This document shows positions 12,560 through 24,700 of a stretch of DNA of 64,000 nt, piece after piece. Location of the stretch: positions 64,328 through 128,327 of the forward strand of contig NMRA01000795.1 of the NCBI GenBank assembly GCA_002633005.1, read 5' to 3'. Under the pieces are notes generated by a model. It was not told the origin of the DNA, did no database searches, and saw nothing but the letters and a program-made list of their open reading frames with translations. How positions within the stretch are numbered: position 1 is the first letter of the stretch; each line of letters starts with the position of its first letter. Both the position numbers and the translations under genes were made by a program. This DNA comes from Phoronis australis (lineage: Eukaryota; Animalia; Phoronida).

Positions 12560-15500
12560 TTAGTGGTGGTCGTCTTCGTATCCCTCTGGTAGTGGATTCA
12601 CGTGGGCGTTGTGGAAAAGTGTGTGGTTGCCATCTCCCCAAGGAAATTTCTGCAAAATAATGAAACGGGATATTACTACTCGAAGCTAAGCTGAGAACAA
12701 TTACAGAATTGTAGAATTTGTGTAAATTCATTTACACAGTACAATAATTTATCATGTTTGTGAGTTCAGAGACACTCGTCATGTGGAATCAAGCCACATT
12801 TCTACGTGCCCGGTTTGTAACATTTTTTTTCACTTATGTTCTCAGTCTGAAGGCAATTGTGCCGATTCGGTTACAGCGATCTTCGAAAGCAAACTTTTTA
12901 GAGAAGTCCCGAAGGGGGGGGGGGGGTTGATGGACTACATAGACGCGTACATGTTGAGTTGTACAAACATCCATATCTCTGTGGCATCACCTATTGAATG
13001 CCGTTTGACAGGTGAAGAGGAGGATTTAACTATGTTGCTGAACCTGCAGAAAATGTCAACCTGGACCCTTCTTGTCTTCAATAAAATTACCATACACTAC
13101 CGTAGAAATCCTCATCTAAGCAGGCACCATAAAGGTAATAGGATGCCGTCGATACCGAGCATCAAATTTCTTAAAGGGCCATTAAACCTGCGCTTTCTGT
13201 CAAGAAACCAAGTTTTGATTGAGGCCACGTAATTGGTCTACAGTTTTCTTACTAGCTTAAGAAGTGATCGCTGTACTCGGAATGAACTGACGTTTCATTA
13301 TGTCTTCAGAACAAGGTCATGAAATGTCAGGTTACACTTATTTTGACTAAGAAACAATTTGACATCAATTTCATGACAGAAAGTGATCTAGAGGTAATTT
13401 GGACAATCGGAGTTCTTTGTGTATAAGAAAACACTTGTGTAAGATCATAACAGGCTCAGGGCCCCTCCACATTCACACTTCGGTTTATAATGGAGGAATC
13501 TTGAGCACCCCTATGTTTATACCTTGTCAGAACTCTGGACAAAATAGTGTATCCGCGAATGCATAATTCTGATAACACCTGTGTACGTTCGCAGCAAATT
13601 TTCTTCTAGTTATTTAATAGATTTTTCTCTGACATTGACGGATGTGTCAGATCAAATATCCAGCAACAAATGGACGTTCTGCATTCATTTATTAAATGTT
13701 TTGTCCATTTTTGCAATAAATATTGGACAGCTGTTACAGTGCGTACGTACACAAGAGCATTTGTCATTCCGAGCTTAGCAGAGGACTTCGATGAAGCTAG
13801 ATTCCGCAGAAGCCATAATACTTGCTTAAATTCTGAATTACCATATAATCTGCACATCAACGGACATCATAACGCAAACTTCAGATGCAAGCGGAAAGAC
13901 ATCGTTAAACTTGAGGAGTGAACAGATGATACTAGTTCCTGTTCAGGCAAGTCAAAGGGAGTGTAAAGTTAAATAATTTGTACACGCCACAGCACCTCAC
14001 TGAATGTACACTAGTAGTTGGTGACGGAAAAAAATCCTGTGCCCGCCAACACTATAAATACCCCACGCAATATGGGTGAAGGCTGAGTCGAGACTTCAGA
14101 TTTACCACACTGAAGCAGTAATGCATGATTGGCAAAAACAGGTCACACCGCAGTGCAGTGGTTTTCTCTATCTATTGTAAACAAACCGCGAAAGAATGGA
14201 CCTATCAAATTTTTGACAGCCCCAAAAGACCACCATACTATTTTCAGGTGCTTCAAATGACTTGTAACTATCTGTTTAACAGTCAGATATCAGTTTGAAT
14301 GTGATAGATGGGCATTGAATGGCAACCTGATTGTGATTTGAACAAATAAAATTTTGGTAACGACTTTGTTAAACAAGTATCAAGGAAGCCAAACACCAAA
14401 TGTATCAAAACCTGGAACATTGGAAACTAGCTTACAGTAAAAATTCTTCAATTTGAGACAAAAATAATGGCTACCGCTTTGTCTCTTTCCACATCATTAC
14501 TGCACGCAAATGCTCAAAATTTCAATAAATGTCAGTTGGGGGACAGTTATATCAACAAACCATGTTAAAATCACAGCAAAATTTCAAGAACAGTATTTTT
14601 GAGAAATTTGACAAGTTCTCTTCTCCGTCATATTGAGCCCCAAACTGAAGTATTTTTACTGTAATTATCCAATGGCCATGCAAGACTAGCAGTTACAGCA
14701 AAAAACAACATCCGCGCTACTCGATTTGGCAGGAAATGTCAAAAAAGGATAATTATGAGAACAGCTTCAAGCAACAAATGAAAATTCAGCAGCATACAAT
14801 ACACAAATCCATAAAGCGTATGAAAGCATTAGACAGTGCTGTAGAAAAAAACTGACTGTGAAGACAATTATAGTCTTCCAAGAACTGAGATCCATCAGCA
14901 GAATTAAGTCGTTTGCTCAGACATTCATTTCTGTTTTGAAAAATGAGATTTGCAACAGGATTTTCCACAGCACTGTCAACTAGATATTGTCAGGCTTTAC
15001 GCCACCTGCAGATGACAATAACATCTAGTGCTCATCTTCATAGCCGTCAGGAAGTGGGTTTGTATGGGGGTTGTGAAACAGCGTGTGATTGCCGTCTCCC
15101 CATGGAAACTTCTGAAACAAAATAGAAACACACGGTGATGTTGATCTACGGAATACCATGTGGTCAAGAGGGTGTTCCTAGGTATCAATCTGAATATAGG
15201 GGACACTTTGTAACAGCTTAGCTAAGTTATGAAGAAATTCACAAGTGATTGAAGGTCACATTTGCAGGATATATAAGTTTTTGGATGTTATTTCAGGTAT
15301 ATAGTGATGACGTGTTATCTGCCACTATTACAATGCGGATGGGACCATGCATAGCAACGCACAGTCAAATCATATTTTCAACAATTTCGCCGGTCTTGCA
15401 TTCTTTCCGATTCAAGTAATCATGGGTGCAATTTAGCACTTGAGTTTTTATAAACTTACATTTGGAATAATCGGTATGCCTCGACAACGGGTTTTGATGT

Positions 15501-18500
15501 TCTCATCGGAAACAAAAATTGAATCCAGCCATGGTGGGAAATTATGATTATGATTTTATGAGCGCAAAGAGCGAGATTTAAAATCAACGCAATTCCTTCA
15601 GTGTTCTTCACAAACAATTTCAACTCGTCGCTGCATCGAATTTGAATTTAGCCGAGACGTGCTTGGCTTACTTGCGTCGAGTTTCAAATGTTGGGTGATT
15701 AGTAATTACTTAAGAAATTGCACTTTTGGTACCAGCTCAATGCATTTACAGTCAAGTTTGAATTTTCTTTTGCGGAGAACACTATTCCTTATCATGGAAT
15801 GCGACAAATAGAATTTTTCCTTCAGAATATATCTTTCAAAAATTTGTTAAGTAAATTCTTTTAGATACATTATGTAGGCAGTGGTGATCTAGCAAACAAG
15901 TAGGAACAAAAAGTTTAATTTACCTTTGTCCTCCTCCTCAGATGATCATATGCAACAAACTCTGGTCTTTCAGGCTCGGGGTTGCCCATTAAAAAGGCAT
16001 TGGCGTAACACAGTAATACGCCAGGTACAGCGACAAAGATTGAGAGAAGTTTCCACATTTTGGAACCGCCTGCAAATACACTGACATCGTCACAGACACA
16101 AACATTCCGCCATTTCGCATAAATACTCATAAGACTGAATTCCTAACTCGGAGGTTTCAAATCAGCATCAGAATAATCAAGAAGTAGACATTAAGGCTGT
16201 AACCGATCAGTTTTTCCGGACGTCTGTTGCACCGCAAAGCTTCCGGCTTATGAAGGCACTGTGGGAGTATCACCATCTCTACTGCAAAGTAGAAACGGTG
16301 GCACTGTCACCAGGGTACACAGTGACCACTGTCTCTACTACCACCGCCAGTAGAGGCGTTGGAGCTCCAATAGGTGCTTCATAAGCCGGAAACTTTTCGG
16401 CGAATTATACCTCGCACTGACTGAAACGTCAAAGTCATGTTGTTATAAATACCTTTTGCGCATAGTGGGACACCTTAGGAGGCCGTCAATGTATTCAGTT
16501 CCTTCAAAGTCGATCAAATACTCCCGTTACCAAACTTTTGCTACGAGAAATCAGTAACCCTACACTTTCACAGTGCGCATGCCAGGGGATAAGACGTCAT
16601 ACAACCTGCTGCGCGCAGTGTTAAAAATGGCGNGACAAAAATAATGGCTACTGCTTTGTCTATTTCCACATCATTACTGCATGCAAATGCTCAAAATTTC
16701 AATAAATGTCGTTTGGGGGACGGTTATATCAACAAACCATGTTAAAACCAAAGCAAAATTTCAAGAACAGTATTTTTGAGAAATTTAACAAGTTCTCTTC
16801 TCCGTCATATTGAGCCCCAAACTGAAGTATTTTTACTGTAATTATCCAATGGCCATGCAAGACAAGCAGTTACTGCAAAAACAACATCCGCGCTACTCGA
16901 TTTGGCAGGAAATGTCAAAAAAAAGATAGTTATGAGAACAGCTTCAAGCAGCAAATGAAAATTCAGCAGCATACAATACACAAATCCATAAAGCGTATGA
17001 AAGCATTAGACAGTGCTGTAGAAAAAAAACTGACTGTGAAGACAATTATAGTCTTCCAAGAACTGAGATCCATCAGCAGAATTAAGTCGTTTGCTCCGAC
17101 ATTCATTTCTGTTTTGAAAAATGAGATTTGCAACAGGATTTTCCACAGCACTGTCAACTAGATATTGTCAGGCTTTACGCCACCTGCAGATGACAATAAC
17201 ATCTAGTGCTCATCTTCATAGCCGTCAGGAAGTGGGTTTGTATGGGGGTTGTGAAACAGCGTGTGATTGCCGTCTCCCCATGGAAACTTCTGAAACAAAA
17301 TGGAAACACGTGGTGATGTTGATCTATGGAATACCATGTGGTCAAGGGGGTGTTCCTATGTATCAATCTGAATATAGGGGACACTTTGTAACAGCTTAGC
17401 TAAGCTATGAAGAAATTTACAAGTGATTGAAGGTCACATTTGCAGGATATCTAAGTTTTTGGATGTTATTTCAGGTATATAGTGATGACATGTTATCTGC
17501 CACTATTACGACGTGGATGGGACCATGCATAGCAATGAACAGACAAATCACATTTTCAACAATTTCGCCGGTCTTGCATTCTTTCCGATTCAAGTAATCA
17601 TGGGTGCAATTTAGCACTTGAATTTTTATAAACTTACGTTTGGATTAATTGGTATGCCTCAACTGTTACAATGGTTGCACCCATTATATACTCCTGGGCA
17701 GTTGAGAAGAATTAAGCCAGGTAATAATTTTCGAAGTGATTAGCAACTTACAGCACTACATAAGTCACAATAATTAATATTTCTTCTCTTAATTTTCAAA
17801 TTCACAATTAAGGTTAGCCGACCCCCAATAAATTCTGAAGCATCTTTTTGAGTCGTTGATGGTATTAATGTTCTCATCGGAACCAAAAATTGAATCCAGT
17901 CATGGTGGGAAATTACGAGACTGATTTTATGAGCGCAAAGAGCGAGATTTACAATCAACGCAGTTCCTTCAGTGTTCTCCACAAACTATTTCAACTCGTC
18001 GCTGTGTTAAATTTGAATTTAGCCGTGACGTGTTTGGCTTTCTTGCGTCGAGTTTCAAATGTTGGGAGATTAGTAATTACTTAAGAAATTGCACTTTTGG
18101 TACCAGCTCAATGCATTTACAGTCAAGTTTGAATTTTCTTTTGCGGAGAACACTATTCCTTATCATGGAATGCAACAAAAAGAATTTTTCCTTCGAAATA
18201 CACCTTTCAAAAATTCTTTAAGAAAATTCTTTTAGATGCATCATGTAGGCTGTGGTGAGAGCAAACAAGTAGGAACAAAAAGTTTAATCACCTTTGTCCT
18301 CCTCCTCAGATGGTCATATGCAACAAACTCTGGTCTTTCAGGCTCGGGGTTGCCCATTAAAAAGGCATTGGCGTAACACAGTGCCACGCCAGGTACAGCG
18401 ACAAAGATTGAGAGAAGTTTCCACATTTTGGAACCGCCTGCAAATACAAAGACATCGTCACAGACACAAACATTCCGCCATTTCGCATAAATACTCATAA

Positions 18501-21364
18501 GATTGAATTCCTAACTCGGAGGTTTCAAATCAGCATCAGAATAATCAAGAAGTAGACATTAAGGCTGTAACCGATCAGTTTTTCCGGACGTCTGTAGCAC
18601 CGCAAAACTTCCGGCTTATGAAGGCACTGTGGGAGTATCACCATCTCTACTGCAAAGTAGAAACGGTGGCACTGTCTACCACCAGGGTACACAGTGACCA
18701 CCGTCTCTACTACCACCGCCAGTAGAGACGTTGGAGCTCCAATAGGTGCTTCATAAGCCGGAAACTTTTCGGCGAATTATACCTCGCACTGACTGAAACG
18801 TCAAAGTCATGTTGTTATAAATACCTTTTGCGCATAGTGGGACACCTTAGGAGGCCGTCAATGTATTCAGTTCCTTCAAAGTCGATCAAATACTCCCGTT
18901 ACCAAACTTTTGCTACGAGAAATCAGTAACCCTACACTTTCACAGTGCGCATGCCAGGGGATAAGACGTCATACAACCTGCTGCGCGCAGTGTTAAAAAT
19001 GGCGAGTTACAGATTTTGGGAACTGAACAAGGGACTGCTCAAAGAAAAGGTTCGATAATGTGAGTATTTGGTCGAGTTGGAAGGAATTAAGTACATTGAT
19101 GGCCTCCTAAAGTGTCCCTCTATGCGAAAACGTTATTTATAACAACGTGACTTTGATGTTTTAATCAGAGCGAGGCATAATTCGCCGAAAAGCTTCCTGC
19201 GTATGAAGCGCCTACAGCCTACTTCTTCTTGTTGGTTTAAGTGACCACACTCTCTCCAGAGTATTATGTCACTGTATAACAGTGAAGTCTGAAGATCAAC
19301 AAAAACGAGAACAAGTATACAGGTTTAAAAGGAAATATATTATAGTAGTGGACGTCACTTCAGAGCAGGCCTTTATGCAGCGTACATCCATTTGGACGCC
19401 CTAGCACTAATGTGGACACCCTGGCAAGGACGCCAATGTATCATTTGGATGCCCACTGTCAATAGGAACCTTTCAAGTTTGGACACACACATTGTAATGA
19501 ATACTAGGAAGCCTTTGAAGGCTCATAGTGGGGGCTTTTTTTTCAAAGCAGGAAGAAATATAAAATATACAAAGTATATACAATGTTGCTATGCTCACAC
19601 TTGGTTGATAGCATTGTAAAAGTCTTGGTCTACATTTTTTTAGTAAAAATGCTCACTACAGTAGTACCGTCAGAGGTCCTAAAGTCGTAAGTGTCCTAAA
19701 GTCGTGAACAATCTTATTTCCTCTTCTGCGCGGTCCTGCGACATTTGGTGTTGAAGTTTCTAGCGTTCGTCTGCTTACGAACATCAAACGAATACCCGGA
19801 CGTGTTCGTATTCACAATATGATAACAAACAGTGAGTGAGTGGCTAATTTTTTCAAATGTATCTTAAAAACAGCATATTTCACTAATTCACTTTTTTGTG
19901 CGTTTTTGGGATATATTTTCGAAAATATTCATCGTTTAGATTTACTCAAACACGTGCTCCAGGGGTAGCTTGAACAATGTATCAAAATGTCCCAGGGTCG
20001 ATCAAGTTTTGTAAGGCCAAAACAATAAAATACAGAGCAATAATTGATGCTGGGTTCTTAGCGTTTTACGTGTACAACCTCATTGAAAACGTCTTTGCAC
20101 ATCAAAGTTGGGTGCAAAACATATAACAATTTATTTCAATTGAAACTGAATTAATAAACAATGCAATGCAATGCATTTTTATGTCATCTAGAGTAACTGT
20201 AAGCACTGTAGTTGACTTGTGTGGTCATACTTCGTGCATTTCTGTCTAAACGAAACGTTCACGACTTTAGGGCCTCATTCAAAATGGCCGGCGATATCAG
20301 CGACTGTTTTAAAACTCTGCTTACGGATACAAACAAGGATTAAGATTGTCAAAACATGTATATTTGTGAAGGCTGATATATGTCCATGACACCACATGAG
20401 CAGTTGTAAACGGACATTGGGTAGTATGACAATCAACTGCTTATTAAGCTTATATTCACAACTTTAGGTCACCGGTGTATACAGAAGGCTGCTTTGTAAA
20501 CTTAGATGTGTAGTAAATGTCGACGTCAGTCTCGGCTGTGGCGTCTCTATGTTGTGATGTCCTTTTGTTAACAATGTTGGTCTTGGCCTGGTGCGACATC
20601 TAACGCCAGAAGAGCCCAGCCGAGGTCACCCTTCTATCACGTGACCAGTCACCCTTCAAGACCACGTGACAAGATCGTCTGGGCCTTCTGGAGTTCGCTG
20701 CCGTCCTGCACGGACATAATGTGAGTATACTCCGGACTTTTCTCTTGCACCGCGTTAATAGGCCCGAACCTGTGTGTCTGCTTAGCCAGCCGACCCACCT
20801 CTTTTTATTACAACAGATGTAAAAGCCTTGGTGTATGCATTTTTTGCAAAAAAAAATCTGTGTTTTGGGGGATGTTGCTGGGGGTGGGGGTTACGTGTGG
20901 GAATCATGGACGTCCTGGAATATTGGGAACCCCATTTTGGACATCCTATTTTCGAAATCCTGGACAAAGCCAAGGCCTGCTTCAGAGGTCGGTTAACATA
21001 GCCAGATCATTAACATGGTGGGGTGCCCCAAATGGAGGCAGCCCACTATGTTACTTCAGACAGGCAGATAGCTTGGTGAAAAAGACATCGAGAGAAGGAG
21101 CTCCACCGTCTGGCGTCTCCGTCACACTCAGTCACAGTTCAGCCTCCGCTCAGCCCAACCAGCCTGGGCCCCAGGTCACGTACGTCTAGATTGTGAAATT
21201 ATATCCAACTATCTAAACAATTAAATAACAATCAACACAAATATTGTACCAGCATGTTCGCCAGCAGCAGCAGAAGGCCCGTGAGCCATGCCTCGTCCTG
21301 CTACTACGTCTCTCGAGGCAATTGTGAGGCGGCGGAGAGGACCCGAAAGTAATCTGGACGCCAT
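12560..21364 (-). CDS. COX6A: Cytochrome c oxidase subunit 6A, mitochondrial; 3 coding exons (exon 2 present in two copies)
   Basis: Exon 1 21364-21250 ([38 protein letters not shown], presequence-like). Exon 2 18437-18292 or 16069-15924 ([26 protein letters not shown]...[16 protein letters not shown]). Exon 3 12649-12560 ([29 protein letters not shown]), the COX6A signature. Confidence 0.95.
15924..16069 (-). CDS. COX6A: COX6A exon 2, copy A (146 nt, GVLLCY variant)
   Basis: Intact AG acceptor and GTAAAT donor; lies within duplicated block 14457-16632. Confidence 0.8.
18292..18437 (-). CDS. COX6A: COX6A exon 2, copy B (146 nt, GVALCY variant)
   Basis: Intact AG acceptor and GTGATT donor; lies within duplicated block 16634-19004. 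Confidence 0.8.
18743..19214. mobile_element. Foldback/palindromic non-autonomous DNA element with long imperfect inverted arms
   Basis: TAGGTGCTTCATA...TATGAAGCGCCTA, with arms pairing over ~170 bp or more. A half-copy lies at ~16371-16632 and a homologous copy at ~47350-47765 in METTL9 intron 1. Confidence 0.65.
19669..20478. mobile_element. Degenerate DNA-transposon relic with CCTAAAGTCGTGAA inverted subrepeats
   Basis: CCTAAAGTCGT twice at the left end, and TTCACGACTTTAGG / TTCACAACTTTAGG at ~20258 and ~20455. Confidence 0.4.
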
Positions 21365-21718
21365 TTTCTTTCTAAAGTTCCCGGATACGGAGTTATAAAC
21401 GGATACGAGATACTTTTTATCAAAATGCAGTTTCGTGTTATTTGAATTTTCTTCATTCATAACAATTTTGTGCTGAAAATGTACAGATATTTTTATGATG
21501 ATAATTATTTTAATCGACTTGGAAATTGGTTCATTCTGGTGTAGAATGTATAAATCTTAAATACGAAGCTGTTTCTCATATAACGTCTTTACCAAAACTT
21601 GACCTACTTCTTTCACCTTCATTGCTGCAAGACAGAGATCGAGAGAAGATTTTGACTTTTGACTTGGCAATGGCAGATTTTAAGGTCGCCGTGACTGTGT
21701 CACATTTCACTTAATCAA
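21365..21718. promoter_or_regulatory. Probable bidirectional promoter / 5' UTRs shared by COX6A and the clathrin terminal-domain gene
   Basis: Divergent start codons lie only ~350 bp apart. Transcription start sites cannot be determined from sequence. Confidence 0.55.
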
Positions 21719-24700
21719 ATGGCTTTTCATATAACCGAAGCAAATAATGATCTGGTTCACATCAGTGAGTTAATACAGGTAAACCTGATGATTATAGTTT
21801 TGTAGCTTTGAGTTGTGGCAGTTTTGTCAACCCATCTTAGCTAGACCTGGGCCCGGTCTCTAATCTTTGTACTCGAAACGAACTCGAAACTATTTTTGGC
21901 AATTTCTCTGCTCCTTTTGTGCGAACGTAAGATATTCAGACTGTGCTCGAATACATTATAGTTTATGCATAGGAGTTTCTAGTTCAAGTTTGCCCTTGAA
22001 GACCCTTATTTTCGTGCTACAAACTCGAGTAAAAACTCGAAATTTCAAGTTCAAACTCGAACTTATTGCTTTAATATTGGGTTTACAAACTGTGAACGAA
22101 AGGCAATAAATTATCTACGTAAGTTATTGTGTACTCGAGCATAGAATAACAGACACTTATCTTGAGTTCGCCCAAAAGTAGAGTAGAAAATGCCAAACCT
22201 AATTTCGAGTTCCATTTCGAGTAAAAAGATTGGAGACCGGGCCCTGGTCGGTCGGTCAGTGTCAGTGAGTCGCAACTTGTGGCAGTGCCAACTTACATCC
22301 ATTGAATCATTGATTCCTTGGTATGGCAAATGGATTATTGGGTGACAAAATGACTGGGCAGTGGAGTGCTCTGTGATGTTCAAACACTTTACTAGGAAAT
22401 GGTAATAGTGTGCCTGAACTTGGAATCCTGCTTAGTTAAAGATAATCTCGGAAGTGAGTCACTGAGTGTTGCTTGAACTTGGAATTGAATATTCTTTTGA
22501 GCAAAAAGATAAAATTTTTGTTCAGTGAAAAGAATTTTTGTAATTATTGGCCTCGCGACATTTTTCCTTTACCGTAACTAATGTGTCGCTTAACCGGAGN
22601 CTTCTTTCACCTTCATTGCTGCAAGACAGAGATATGAGAGAAGATTTTGACTTTTGACTTGGCAATGGCAGATTTTAAGGTCGCCGTGACTGTGTCACAT
22701 TTCACTTAATCAAATGGCTTTTCATATAACCGAAGCAAATAATGATCTGGTTCACATCAGTGAGTTAATACAGGTAAACCTGATGCTTATAGTTTTGTAG
22801 CTTTGAGTTGTGGCAGTTTTGTCAACCCAATTTTCCCATCTTAGCTAGACCTGGTCGGTCGGTCAGTGTCAGTGAGTCGCAACTTGTGGCAGTGCCAACT
22901 TGCATCCATTGAATCATTGATGGCTTCTGATTCCTTGGTATGGCAAATGGATTGTTGGGTGACAAAATGACTGGGCAGTGGAGTGCTCTGTGATGTTCAA
23001 ACACTTTACTAGGAAATGGTAATAGTGTGCCTGAACTTGGAATCCTGCTTAGTTAAAGATAATCTCGGAAGTGAGTCACTGAGTGTTGCTTGAACTTGGA
23101 ATTGAATATTCTTTTGAGCAAAAAGATAAAATTTTTGTTCAGTGAAAAGAATTTTTGTAATTATTGGCCTCGCGACATTTTTCCTTTACCGTAACTAATG
23201 TGTCGCTTAACCGGAGGAATATGTGAATGGCTAAATCGATTATTGTTGGTGAAACTGATCGCCTATAGTATAGTTGAAGAAGTTGGTTAAAATTAACATT
23301 ATTTTATTCAAATGTAACTTGATTTAGTGCAGTGAAAATTTTTATGAACATGAACGCAATTATTTGAGTGAACTTGTCAAGTTGCTTGCGTATTTCAAGT
23401 TCACACAACACTTTTTTCCGTTTAATCTTGAGATTAAGCAGGATTCCAAGTTCATGTACAGCAGTAATCGGGCAATTTTGGAAATGTTAGTAATCTGTTC
23501 ACATTAGACAGGTGACCCTAATCATTAATTGCATTTTTAACATCCTTCCTTCCAATCATCACTCTTCACAGTCACTCGGCATTGTTTTCAAACAATTGAG
23601 TTCCAAGTTGCAACAGTAGTAGATGTTCTTTCGGTGAATCATATGAGCCTCTGTTAGCTACTTGCTAACGGGCAATTGCCTATTAGCCGAATGGTTAGCA
23701 CGCTCGCCGGTTTCATCGGGGTCACTGGTTTAAAAGCCATGTTGGGTAATCTTGGCTATTACTACATAACTTACATCTGCCAAGAAATTTTTTTCTGATC
23801 ATGAATAGTAAATCTTGTTCAATAATGACAAAAGGCTTTTTATTACAATTGCTCGACTGATTCACGACTTTGTCCGTAATTTGTCTCAGTGACTAATTCC
23901 AATGTGCCATTTTAAAGCAATTTACTCGAAACATCTGCAACTGTCAAAGGTGCGTCTTGAAGAGATCGAGTAATTAACATCAATGATGTTGCGTTGTTTT
24001 TAATCAATTTAGTACTCATGTCTGCGACTGCACATCTTTCTGTAGGTGTTTGAATTGCATTAATAATGTGAAAGAAATGGACAAAAATTGATTTTGTTTA
24101 GTATATACTGCCCATACAACGGGTTGTAGTCGTTCGATGTCTGCAGTCTTGATACATGTTAATTAATTAAAACTGATTGCGTAAATAAGGATTATTCTTT
24201 GTATTTTTAAATGAGTTTTTACTGGAGACGTTTTTACTGCCTGCGGTCTTACCTAGTTAGTCCCTGATTTTTGGAATTTTTTAAGATTTGATCACAAGCC
24301 TTGTACTCAAAGTTGCTTTTTCCCCCACTTAGTAGACAAAAAAGAAAAAAAATTTATACATTTATTGAAAATGAGAACATCACAAAAAGACAAGAACGCC
24401 AAATACACGCATACCCAGCACCTTGACTACTAAGAAAAACAGTTTCAAAGTTACACCATCTTTTTGTATACAATTCTGAATTCAAATCCTTTCGATCACT
24501 ATACTTTTCACTTATATCATATTTTTGATAAAGTTAATAAATCTACTTAGAAGTAATCTTTTCGATACGAACTTTTAGGTATAAATAAACTGTTTACCCA
24601 ATAATAAAACAATGTTTTTAAAATTTCCCTTTTTATCAAAAAAGCCAAAAATAACATTGCTGCAGGAGAGAGTGCTGACACACTGAGGATTTGCTTTGTT

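Larger units (their letters stand above)
14457..19004. repeat. ~2.2-2.4 kb direct duplication (14457-16632 vs 16634-19004) joined by a single N
   Basis: Both copies begin GACAAAAATAATGGCTA and end AAAAATGGCG. They differ by scattered SNPs/indels, and copy 2 has an extra ~200 bp near 17660-17860. Confidence 0.9.
21607..23216. repeat. Direct duplication (21607-22599 vs 22601-23216) joined by a single N
   Basis: Both copies begin CTTCTTTCACC and end TAACCGGAG. Copy 1 additionally contains a 394-bp MITE. Confidence 0.9.

Noticed and set aside
15915-18498. Two separate COX6A paralogues
   Set aside because: Only one exon 1 and one exon 3 exist; the duplicated block abuts an assembly N.
23685-23745. 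Possible tRNA gene (TAGCCGAATGGTTAGCACGCTCGCC)
   Set aside because: Only an A-box/D-arm-like half; there is no intact T-arm or acceptor stem, so it is more likely a SINE relic.
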